A stretch of 64,000 nucleotides of DNA from assembly GCA_020137815.1 (NCBI GenBank), contig CM035353.1:5952001-6016000 (forward strand), written 5' to 3'. The first letter of the stretch is position 1; every line of letters starts with the position of its first letter. Source of the DNA: Hormiphora californensis. Lineage: Eukaryota; Animalia; Ctenophora. Position numbers and translations under genes: made by a program. Under the pieces are notes generated by a model. It made no database searches. It had not been told where the DNA came from and worked only from the letters and a program-made list of their open reading frames with translations. This document shows positions 42,425 to 54,236 of this stretch, in pieces.

Positions 42425-43464
42425 TTCAAAAAGAGGGGGAAATCAGTAACTCAGAATACTGAACATTGCCAATCAGAACAGGTACAAACATTTAAAACTA
42501 TATGCAGAATACTTTTAAATCACTTGTATTTGAAATATTTAAATCGATTTTGATACAATTTTCATTCAATAAACGTGTCTCTGATTTATTTAACGCGTCT
42601 CGGGCCTGGTTTGTATGTCATTTCTCACAGCTGTACCTGTACAATGCTGGTTTCCTTTACTCAACACCATACAAAACCACACCGCTCACCTGGCCCGGCC
42701 CCCTTTATTATTTACTCTTGCCCTCCGGTCCCTAATGGAGAGTGAGTTTGAGGAATTCTTTACTTCTCTCACCCACTACGATCAACTCCTACACAGTGGT
42801 CCTTCTCAGCCCTCTCATCCAGGGGACCTCTGACGTTATCCTCGCCCGCCTCTTCAACTACAAACTTCCTTATGATGTGTCTTATGATTCAAGGTAAGAT
42901 GCACGTCAACCACGAAACCATTGCACAACTTTCGTTTTTCGATTCATTTTCCCCTGCATCTTAGTGCCACCTTGATTGAATTGTGGAACAAATTGTGTTA
43001 TACTTGACTATGTGGTCGAGGAATAATACAATATTTTGTTGCAAATGATGCCCCTGATTTGACATGTTCCCTTCGGCCCGGTGAGAGCTTACGTGAGCCC
43101 GAACGACAGACTGCGTGGCAACCACTGATCAGGGAACTATAATATAGGACAAAAGGAGATCCTGCGCCTTTAGTCGTGTCAGCATCATATCAGCCACTGC
43201 ACCGATTTCCAATTATGTTATTGTTTACTTATAGTGTTCGCCCAATTATAGCACAATGTCTAGAGGATTGGCCGTTGGGATTATTTTTCCTGTTATATTC
43301 TGATTGGGTTTTGAATTCCAACACTAAGTAAACAATAACATAATTGGAAATGGAATTCCAGAACTAGTGTACCCCGGCCCCATTCCCAAACATTATTTGT
43401 TTACTTAGTCGCATAACCCAATTTGATAGCTATAAATTCTCTCTCTCTCCCTCCTGGCCTAATA

Positions 43465-44366
43465 TTAGAGTGATTCATAATGATTTTCAATTGCGATTTT
43501 TTTTGCTTCATGTTCATCGGGGCAATAAAATTTTTATAGGACCTTGTTCCTGACACAATTTCGGTCTCCTAACATCCTTGGTGAAGATCTGACGAACTTT
43601 TTTCCCAAGGCTACACCCCATTTTCTAGTGTTTGACCATACTACCGGTCTCACTTTCCAAAAAATCGTCAAAATGCAAGCAAAAATTTTGGAAAACGACC
43701 TACTTTACTCATGAAGTAGTCCATTCTATCAGTTGTCATCGCAAACAACCGAATTTGAGCCAAAAAAGTTGCGGGATTGGAGTAGGGGGCTAATAATTGC
43801 TCGAAATATGGCCCCAAAAGCGAGAAAAATTTGCCCGTTTTTGTGCGACTTTTTTCAACTTCAATTTTAGACCCTCTAAGACACTCAAAACCACCAAATA
43901 ACTTCAGGGTTATATAGAGCATGGTTTAATTCATATTTTGAGCGCTAAATATTGACAAAAGACCGACTAGGTCCCGAGCCACAGCAATTCAAAGTGAAAA
44001 AAGGGCTTTTTGACTGAATTCTAAAAATAGCCCACAAAATCAAGGGTGAAAATCGGATGAACTTGATTTTCCTCAAATATCCCCAAAAGAGGTTATTCTA
44101 GCCCTACAAGGAGCCCTGAGTCGATCTGTATCTGTTTACGGCTCCTACAAGGCTAACATCGAGACCTGAATTTTGTGCACGTAGACCGCAAAAAAGCCTA
44201 ACTTCAGAAATTGCCTGTCACCGGTTACGTAAAACCATCCTGAACTTCAAACATGGTCGATGGGTTCTAAAATTGTCCAAACTAATCGCTCCTGTAAAAA
44301 ATTTTGGTCCCCAGTGTCTATGTGCACTCAAAAAGAGCGATTGAAAATCATTATGAATCACCCTAA
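43465..44366. mobile_element. ~900-bp MITE
   Basis: TIR ttag(a/g)gtgattcataatgattttcaat/attgaaaatcattatgaatcaccctaa; TA or ATAT target. Confidence 0.8.
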
Positions 44367-44623
44367 TATATGTGTTATTCATGCTACTACTATGTGTGAG
44401 CCGCGACCGTTAGGAATCTTCAAACTGATCTCCTTCCTAGACCAGCTCATTTGTCAAATCCTCCTCCTGCAGAATAATATAGTACCGGGCACTATTAGTG
44501 CCCCTCTTTTCTTCAAATTATGGGGAATTCCAGAGGCTCCTTACTAACTATTACCTTCGGATTTCTAAACCTGTTGTCGCGTCGCTTTCACTGAATGATT
44601 CAGTTGCATTCACTGAATGATTC

Positions 44624-44802
<179 letters not shown>

Positions 44803-45193
44803 TGGACTCCTCTGGGGTTTGAACTAGACAAGCATGTTCCAAGGCCATGGAGATTTTGCAAGCATTCTCGACCTTCATGCAGGTTTTGGAGTCACGCCCG
44901 ACCGTTTGCTAAGAGACATGCTTGTCGTATAATAAATCGTTATAATGCTTGAGTTTAATTTCTACAACCGCTACAGGCTGCTTCATCTACATTTTATAAC
45001 AGTATCCTGTTATATTACTACGTGCTATCTTCATTTTGTACAAAGCTCTCTTTGCGTGCCAATTGGCTATTATCTGAAACTTATCATCTACTCATATCTC
45101 ATTGTATTATACATTTCTCCTTCCCTAACCTAATCTGTTTGGCAGGAGTAGTATATTACATTTGAAAGGCCGAACATAATTATAACTTCAATC

Positions 45194-48100
45194 ATGGCGG
45201 ACGACATTGCCCATCTTCCAAAATCTATGTGAGTGTGAAACTGATTACTCTGATTTGTATTAGTTTCTTCTAATTTCTCAGTGATAAATGGGTTAATTGG
45301 GGCAACTTACAAAGCTATTATAAGTACTCGGGTACTTTTTCTCCTAAAATTCTAAAGTGTATTCACGTGTTTATCACCTGCCAACATGCAGGGAAAAGAA
45401 TGTGGAGGAAAAGAGGCAACGTTGGCATTCAACTTTCTCCTTTATTCTTGCTGCGGTCGGATCAGCAGTTGGTTTAGGTAAGGGCTGCACATACACCAAG
45501 CACTTCTGCAGTCTGCACTATTCCACATAAGCACTTTACTCACACACGATCTCCATAATAGTGCCTGCCACATCGCGTTAGCGATAGAAATCTAACAATT
45601 CCTCACTTCCTAACAGGCAATGTATGGAGGTTCCCATACTTGGTGAGCAAGAACGGTGGAGCACCCTTTCTCATTCCCTACATCCTATGTCTGGTTTTCA
45701 TTGGCATGCCCATTCTCCTTCTTGAGCTGGGTCTCGGCCAAATGTTCCAAGGTACGATCAATCATGATACGCATTCAATCAGAATATTGTTTTCGTATAT
45801 GTTAGGCTTACGTTGTCTAAAAGAACCGGTAGTTGAAGAACTAATAGTTGAAGAACTAATTAGTGTAGGCAGACAGCTCACCACTCAATTGGTTACCCAC
45901 TGTCCTACTAGGTGGGGATATTGAAGCTTTCGGTCGAATGCACGGCCGACTCCGTGGAATTGGCCTGGCTTCAGTGTTTGGGAGTTTTATCATCGTCACC
46001 TACTACATGGTGGTACTCTCCTACGCGGGCATGTTCTTTGTGGCAAGTTTCATGAGCCCGCTACCCTATGGGATCACTGGGGAAAATATCACCTTCTGTA
46101 AGTTCAATGTGTGATTTCTGAATTCACTGATTTGGGGATGGCAGGTTGGGTATGGTTAGAGCGGTTGGTGACATTACAGCCTTGTTTGGGGACAACAATT
46201 GACCATGAGAGGGTTCCCATATAATGGTGGGCAGGTTGGTTCTCGTTCAAGTAGATCTACGAATTGCAGGAACCGTTTGAAGTCGCGCCATATACCAATT
46301 TGTAGAACAATTGATCTAAAGACTAAAATATTGCCCCATTTCAGCGGACGTTAGTAGTGGTAGCTTCTTCTTTAACAATGTCCTGAGTATTGGTGACTTC
46401 AATAACCCGACATTCCAAATGAATGGTATGTATATCACAACCCATCTGATAATATCTCCTTGCCCCTTTGTATAATAAAGGGGCATATTTTGATCTGATA
46501 GCTAGTACTATAAAGTAGCAACAAAGATGATAACAATTCTACACTTCCATAACCCATCATGTACCTGATCACCTACAGGAGCTATGGTGCTAGCCCTTGC
46601 GATAATCTGGATTCTAGTATACTGTTCAATCTTCAATGGGGTGGAAACAGCCGGGTGGGTTGTTTATGTCACGGTCCCCCTGCCCGTTATCCTGATTGTC
46701 GTCCTTCTAATTCGAGGTAGGTAAATCATATGTTACATAAGAACCGACCGACACAAGTAAACATCCAATCAGAACTCATTATTTAGGTCACGTGACTGGT
46801 TATTAGCCAATAGCCAATCAGGGACCAGTATTTCCTGATTCGGTCGGTTACATAACATATGTTACATATTGGTTGTTCAATGCTCCCCACGTGTATTCAA
46901 GTTTGCAACGCTGGCCCCCCGAAGTCCCACAGATCATCACCATATTACTCTGTTTCTATAGGAAGTCTCCTTGAGGGGGCTGACAGTGGTGTCAACCAAT
47001 ACATTGGTCAGTGGGACGGCTCTAAACTATCCAGTTCAACTATCTGGGTCGAGGCAACTGGTCAGACCTTCTTCACCCTGTCTGTGTGTATGGGAGTCAT
47101 GACTGCTTACAGTTCACACAACACCGTCAAACATCAGGTAGAGAAAGAGGGGTGTATAGTTGTTACTACGCAGGAGTACTGTTTTTTGCGGCGAGAATGA
47201 ATGCCAATATATATAATACAATCTTGAAAGATAACCTGATTAACATTATTAACATTATTCTCTTGCAAGATTGTTGAAGTTTATTTTTAAAAGTGTATTT
47301 ATTAAGTAGTGTACTAACAACTCTAAAACTTTGTAGGTTGGACGTGACGAGAAGATCATCTCTCTGTCTGATCTAGCTATCGCTCTGATTGGAGGTTTTA
47401 CTGTTTACACCATGTTAGGCCACCTTGAGGTAAGACGGTACTAACCATATACCACGGGTGACTAGTTGGTGACAGGTGACATAAACACCTGGCGCGACCC
47501 CCGCACACAGGGTCGCGCCAGGTGTCTATGTCACCAAGGTGACTAGATCATGTCTTGTCATAGCAATGATAATAATATTTTTGTCACTGTCTGTTATAGA
47601 GAACGAATCAACTTTAAATCTTATATATTCGCCCCTTTTTCAGTTTCTTACCGGTACAGATCAAGTATATTCCTTCAGCAGTATCACGCTTGCGTTTGTT
47701 GCATATCCGGTCGGAATATCCCAGGTACAGCTATAACACACACAGTATCATACATTTTCAGAACATAACAATTTCGAAAGGGCAACCATAATCATGTTGT
47801 TTCATTTTCATCTACTTAATCATGTTAACTGGTATTGTATTTGTACCAATTACCATGGTGGTATAATGATGACACCAGCTTCATAATTACTATATAGCCC
47901 CACCCCTAACTTGACTCGTTTTTAGGTTGCGGGATCGAACTTTTGGGGTGTCCTTTTCTTCCTCTGTCTGGTGCTGCTAGGGGTGGATAGTGCATTTTCT
48001 ATGGTTGAGGCTGTTACCACCGTTATAACTGACAGTTGGCTTGCTAAAAGGTGGGTCAACTCGTCTAGATCATATTGGTACCCGGGTTCCGTATCGTCGT

Positions 48101-50226
48101 AGTGTAGTAACGCAAGGTTGGGGATCCACAACGTAAGACATCGGTGTTGTAAGAAAATTTCTAACTGCAATTCATGTTGAACCCTCCCCAGGTACAACCT
48201 AAGTAAACCTGCCGTTTCCATGTTCCTATGCCTGGTTGGGTTCGCCCTAGGAACTATGTATACCATGGATGTTGGCCTGTATTTGTTCGATGCAGTGGAC
48301 CATTATGTCAACAGTTGGGGCATGATCTTCCTTGGATTTATGGAGTGCGTCAGTGTCGGTAGGTCCGACTGTATGTATCTGAATTATCTGAATTATGTAG
48401 ACCACTATAATAATGATATGATTTATTACCGGTTTAATAACATTGTGGGTTTCAGGTTGGTTCTACAAGATGGGTAACCAGTTTAAGAAAGTTGGCGTTT
48501 TGCCAGTTATCCTTTTCAACCTGAGTTACCTTGCTGCCCTATGTTTGGGAGTGATTGTTGGACTCTCTCTTATGGCTAGTGATTCCTTCCAAGAGAGCTG
48601 TGAGTATTATATCTCCCTTGCTCGACCCTCTTTACACATGTAAAGTTAGAATATAACAAGAATAATATATAAACCACCCCCCCTGCTGATATTTCCCGCA
48701 GTCTACTGTGGTATATCAAATAATCCCCTCCCTCTGTTTTCACACCTTTCATAATTCCCGGGGTCGTTTTATAACAAATAACCACGGCTAGTAAAGTGAT
48801 GAAATTTGATAATCCCCTACGGGGATTATCACACGGTACCTATAATTCCCCTCGTCACTCCGTTCCTCGTGGATATCGTATTGATATACCAGCCTGACAG
48901 GCTGGTATATCAGATTTCATCCCTCTACTAGCCGGGGTTATCTATATTATATCTGATTGCCATTTACATCATATCGATTACTAAAACTAACTCTTTTCCC
49001 TAATACAGTCAGTGATCCAAGTGCTGCGGCAGGTGGGATTGGTTTTGCGGTTGGGTTTGGTGTCTGGATTGTCGGAACCATTCTATCTATCATCCTGTTT
49101 GTCATCACCAAGAGTCCCAATAGCATGGAGGAGCTCTTGTGGGGTATTTGGGGCATCATAGGGTGGCATGGAGTTGACAGGTATACTTCATCCAGCTCTT
49201 TTCTATTGTGTTTCCATTATACACTTGTTCCATTATACACTTGTACCATTTTCCCAAGACTCATCGGCTCTTTGGTGACATTGACACCTAGTGCGTGCGA
49301 GATCGAGGTCGCGCAGCGACCGAGATCGAGCTCGCACATTACAGGTGTCCGCTCCGCCCCCTAAAAAAGGGTCGTGTCTTTCAAGCCAAATTGCACGTGA
49401 TCCACTGGACCGATTTGCATCCGGTTTGTCACAAAAGACTACAAATTGATCCTAATATACTGGAAAATACCCGAGAAGTTTGTCTGTCAACAGGAAGTGT
49501 GTCAAAATTGACACTGAAGTCAAATCTATAATCTGGCTTCCGAGCCTTTTTGCACCACTCCCAGACGGTGTAGAATGAATCTGAGGGTATCAGAAGATAG
49601 GTTGAACTCTTGTGAGTACTGGAAAATACCCGGCATTAATAGCTGATGCTAATTGCATCAACATATCTCCCAATATCTTCTAAATCGCATGGGCGTAGTG
49701 CAGAAACTCTCGGAAGCCAGATTATAGGTTTGACTTCAGTGTCAATTTTGACCCACTTCCTGTTAACAGACAAACTTCTCGGGTATTTTCCAGTATATTA
49801 GGATCATTTGTAGTCTTTTGCGACAAACCGGATGCAAATCGGTCCAGTGGATCGCGTGCAACATCCCTTGAAAGAAACGACCCTTTTTGAGGCGGAGCAG
49901 ACACCTGTGTGTGAGCTCAATATTGGTCGCGCACGGTGTCTATGTCACCAAATCGGCTCTATTAACTTTATTGAACCGTACTGATGCCAATCTGTGTCGG
50001 GATTTTACATTATTCGCTACATTAACTAAAACACAAGGATTGTTTCTACCCTGAATTATTTTTTAACTGTAAGGTTTTAATAGCACTCAGAGAATCCTAA
50101 ATTAAATCTTTTAAAGGATCCAACTATTTTGGAACCTTCTGAATAAACATATATTCTGTATTTATGACAGGTTGCAACACCGTTCTGTCTCGCGGCAGAG
50201 TTTGGTACGCTATTATAACTTAGAGC

Positions 50227-50259
<33 letters not shown>

Positions 50260-51589
50260 TATGTTATGTCACTCCGAACTCCGAACTGGAAACTAATATT
50301 TAGTCGGACGTCCGCGGACCCCGATTTACCGGGCCAAAACCCGGCTAAATCGGGGTCCGACTGTACCAGGTTCTGCAGTTTGTATGTATTTTTCACGTCC
50401 TACTACCCCCATGACACTAGGTTGAGGATGATGATTAACGGTGTTGACAACCCAGAGTGGAGACCAATGAGCTGGAAGTGTGAACTGCAGGCGCTGTTAA
50501 AACCTCACTTTTCCTCGATATTCTTCGGCTTCTTCATCAAGTACCTGATACCTACCATCCTCTGGACTCTCTTCTTTACAACATTCCGAGATGACGTTAC
50601 TGCTAAGTGAGTTAACTGAATTATTATGAGATGTTACCGCGCTAAGTGAGTTATGAATCATTATGAGATGTTACCGAGCTTAGTGAGTTCTGAATCGTTA
50701 TGAGATGTTACCGCTATTAAAAATTAGTGAGTTCTGAATCGTTATAAGATGTTACTGCTAAGTGAGTCTTGTTATTGAATTTATCGTACAAGCTATACAT
50801 TCCTAGGATATAAAAGAGATCTGCCAGACACCGAAAATGATATAGTGTATAAAGGCTTGGGCTGCCCATTGATTGATTGGGCAGCCCAGGTTTTGGGCAG
50901 TGCCCAAAACCAAAACTACACCCTTATTATCGCTTATTATCGATTACCCCAATCCATTCCTTCAGATACGGAGACTACCCTATCGCATACCAAATTGTGG
51001 GCTACCTCATCTTTGCTACCATGTTACTTCTCGTTGTCAGTGTAGCCATCTTCCCAAGGTAAGTGAGGCCCCGGCGGGAGAGGGCCCCTCTCCCTAGGGG
51101 GGAGAGGGGGTTGGATGTAGGGGGGCGGATGGAGGGGGGCGGATGGAGTGGTGTTAGTATTTTACGAGAATCCAAAGCTATATGATACTACGAAACCCTC
51201 AATTCATCATCATCATCCATCCTTTATGCAGATTGATGGTTGACCCACGACAGTCCGGGAAAGAATCCTTCACAGGACAACTCCTTTGGATCTTAGACCC
51301 GGAACTCCCCGAGGCAGATAAAATTGACTACGATAACGAATCCGAGGTTAGAACGACACAATGTACAACTATAGAAGTAGGACTTTGAAATGTCCATGAA
51401 CTTCATGTACACTGCAACAATTATCGCGCATAGCTTATGATTCCTCTCTCTCCCTGGAGTACAATTTGTACTAAAAAGTTACACTTAACATGTCGGATAT
51501 TGGAACACCAAACCGATACCACTTTGTTTCAGATATACGAAGTAGAGGACACAGTGAAAATTAATCCCATGCACAGTACTGCCATCTAA
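45194..51589 (+). CDS. SLC6/NSS sodium-dependent (amino acid-type) transporter, 17 exons, approximately 45194-45228, 45392-45477, 45617-45751, 45912-46097, 46345-46425, 46579-46716, 46962-47137, 47337-47429, 47644-47724, 47926-48050, 48192-48357, 48455-48599, 49008-49180, 50421-50606, 50966-51058, 51232-51346, 51533-51589
   Basis: Spliced translation: [104 protein letters not shown] boundaries; later exon limits are approximate. Confidence 0.93.
46741..46849. mobile_element. 109-bp TIR element, copy 3 (eroded ends), in an SLC6 intron
   Basis: Same internal sequence as copies 1 and 2; flanked by catatgttacata repeats. Confidence 0.85.
47466..47537. mobile_element. 72-bp Mutator-like mini-MITE
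   Basis: ttggtgac...gtcaccaa with 9-bp TSD ggtgactag. Confidence 0.82.
49272..49951. mobile_element. 680-bp Mutator-like MITE, same termini as 47466-47537
   Basis: ttggtgacat...atgtcaccaa, long inverted arms, 9-bp TSD atcggctct. Confidence 0.88.
50302..50363. mobile_element. Short Tc1/pogo-type MITE remnant
   Basis: cggaccccgatttaccggg...cccggctaaatcggggtccgactg-TA. Confidence 0.65.
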
Positions 51590-52266
51590 AAGATATGCCA
51601 TTGAAATTGACTGGATATTTTCAAACGGTAGAAATTTGGGTGGAGTATCTTGCACTGTATCAGTATCGGCCCTTGATTAATTTAATGACAATTTAAGAAC
51701 TTGCTTCTTTTGGGACTGTGGGAGACTAAGAGAGCCAGGGAGGATTACTCTGTCTAGCGGCGCTGACCCGATCTGAGCCGGAGCGGCGGAGCACACTGTC
51801 TGAGACAGAGAATCGAATTCAAAACGGGGTTTGGCTCCGCCAGCCAGACAGCGATTTGTGATTATTTCTAAGCTATTGAAGAGTGAAAGCGGTACTATTA
51901 TTATCTACTTATTGAGCTGAGTTTATGGTCGAAGACTGACATTTATAAATACCTCATGTTTTGTATACTTTTAGATTAACTTAATAATGTAAATAACTGT
52001 TTTAATAACACTACTAGGGATAACAGCGATTATACCACGGGAGTTATGGAGCAGATTGGGCACGAAACACCCCCAATTTTGTCTCTTAAAACAGGAAGAA
52101 AAGAAACAAAGCATACTATTTAGGTAATCAAAAGAACATAGCTTAAATATATCCCAAGTCTATACTGTTGTTGTTGAATGCGCCTCCGCTTCCGGATCTC
52201 AGCTCGTTTCCCAGTCCAGCAGTTAGTGCATCACGTCCGAGTCGGTGACTTTTCCGGTGCAACATC

Positions 52267-53542
52267 GGCAGGTGAGTAGAACTTCGCTCCTAATAAAAGG
52301 CTGCAATAAAAGGCTGCAGAAAAAGGCTGCAGAAAAAGGCTGCAGAAAAAGGCTGCAGTAAAAGGCTGCAGAAAAAGGCTGCAATAAAAGGCTGCAATAA
52401 AAGGCTGCAATAAAAGGCTGCAAGGGATCACGTATCCAACCAGACTAAAGCGTGGGATAGACCGAATCGTCCTCCCCTAATAGTGTTTCGTGTCACGTAT
52501 CGGCTGTAAAGAGACCGAATCACCCTCCCCTAATTATAGTGATTCGTGTCACGTATCCAACTAGACCATATGCATAGGCGATAGAGAGACCGAGATAGAG
52601 AGCGAGTACGAGTGAGAACTGAGAGAGTGAAAAATCAGAATCACGGTATGGTATCACGTACCATGGTATCCTCTAATGAAAAGCGGTTACCAATTGACAA
52701 TGAGACCGTGATTCTCTACCGCTATCCCACCGCTATGTATTCTCCATTAGTCTTTCCGTATCGATCCACGATTCAATAGAGGTAGTCAGTTATAACTACT
52801 GAGAGTGTTGGTCTAATGAGGTAGAAACTATGATAGGTGAACCAAGTGGTTGGGTGGTTCACCTGTCATATTGTGAGTGCGTGTAGCACTCATTGTGCTA
52901 CACGCTCAATCAATAGATCGGTAAGCAGACTCTAGTGCTAAAATCACGAAAAGCGAACTCGAGATTTCGGCCGTTTTCTACCTCATTAGACCAACACTCT
53001 CAGTAGTTACTGACTACCTCTATTGAATCGTGGATCGATACGGAAAGACTAATGGAGAATACATAGCGGTGGGATAGCGGTAGAGAATCACGTATCGGGA
53101 CCGATGAGGTCTCATTGTCAATTGGTAACCGCTTTTCATTAGAGGATACCATGGTACGTGATACCATACCGTGATTCTGATTTTTCACTCTCTCAGTTCT
53201 CACTCGTACTCGCTCTCTATCTCGGTCTCTCTATCGCCTATGGTCTAGTTGGATACGTGACACGAATCACTATAATTAGGGGAGGGTGATTCGGTATCTT
53301 TACAGCCGATACGTGATACGAAACACTATTAGGGGAAGACGATTCGGTCTATCCCACGCTTTAGTCTGGTCGGATACGTGATCCCTTGCAGCCTTTTATT
53401 GCAGCCTTTTATTGCAGCCTTTTTCTGCAGCCTTTTATTGCAGCCTTTTACTGCAGCCTTTTACTGCAGCCTTTTTCTGCAGCCTTTTTCTGCAGCCTTT
53501 TATTGCAGCCTTTTATTAGGAGCGAAGTTCTACTCACCTGCC
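52267..53542. mobile_element. 1276-bp foldback TIR element (GG...CC ends, 8-bp TSD; Merlin-like), inserted in the GPCR C-terminal coding region
   Basis: ggcaggtgagtagaacttcgctcctaataaaagg mirrored over ~570 bp; TSD gcaacatc (52259-52266, 53543-53550); subterminal 13-bp arrays ccttttattgcag. Confidence 0.93.
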
Positions 53543-54236
53543 GCAACATCAGGAGCATCTTCAGGAGCAACATCAGGAGCAATATCAGGAGCATCTTTAG
53601 GAGCGACATCAGGAGCATCTTCAGGAGCATCTTTAGGAGCATCTTCAGGAGCAACATCAGGAGCATCTTCAGGAGCATCTTCAGGAGCATCTTCAGGAGC
53701 ATCTTTAGGAGCATCTTTAGGAGCATCTTCAGGAGCATCTTCAGGAGCATCTTTAGGAGCATCTTTAGGAGCGACATCAGGAGCATCTTTAGGAGCGACA
53801 TGAGGAGCATCTTCAGGAGCAACATCAGGAGCATCTTCAGGAGCATCTTCAGGAGCATCTTCAGGAGCATCTTTAGGAGCGACATGAGGAGCATCTTCAG
53901 GAGCAACATCAGGAGCATCTTCAGGAGCAACATCAGGAGCATCTTCAGGAGCATCTTTAGGAGCGACATTAGGAGAATCTTCAGGAGCATCTTCAGGAGC
54001 ATCTTTAGGAGCATCTTTAGGAGCGACATGAGGAGCATCTTTAGGAGCGACATGAGGAGCATCTTCAGGAGCAACATCAGGAGCATCTTCAGGAGCATCT
54101 TCAGGAGCATCTTCAGGAGCATCTTTAGGAGCGACATGAGGAGCATCTTCAGGAGCAACATCAGGAGCATCTTCAGGAGCAACATCAGGAGCATCTTCAG
54201 GAGCAACATCAGGAGCATCTTCAGGAGCATCTTCAG
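53543..54236 (-). repeat. 12-bp coding minisatellite (EDAP/KDAP/DVAP/HVAP), ~58 units, in frame with the GPCR tail
   Basis: Variants of (aggagcatcttc)n within ORF 53530-54651, directly after NPVLY and helix 8. Confidence 0.95.
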
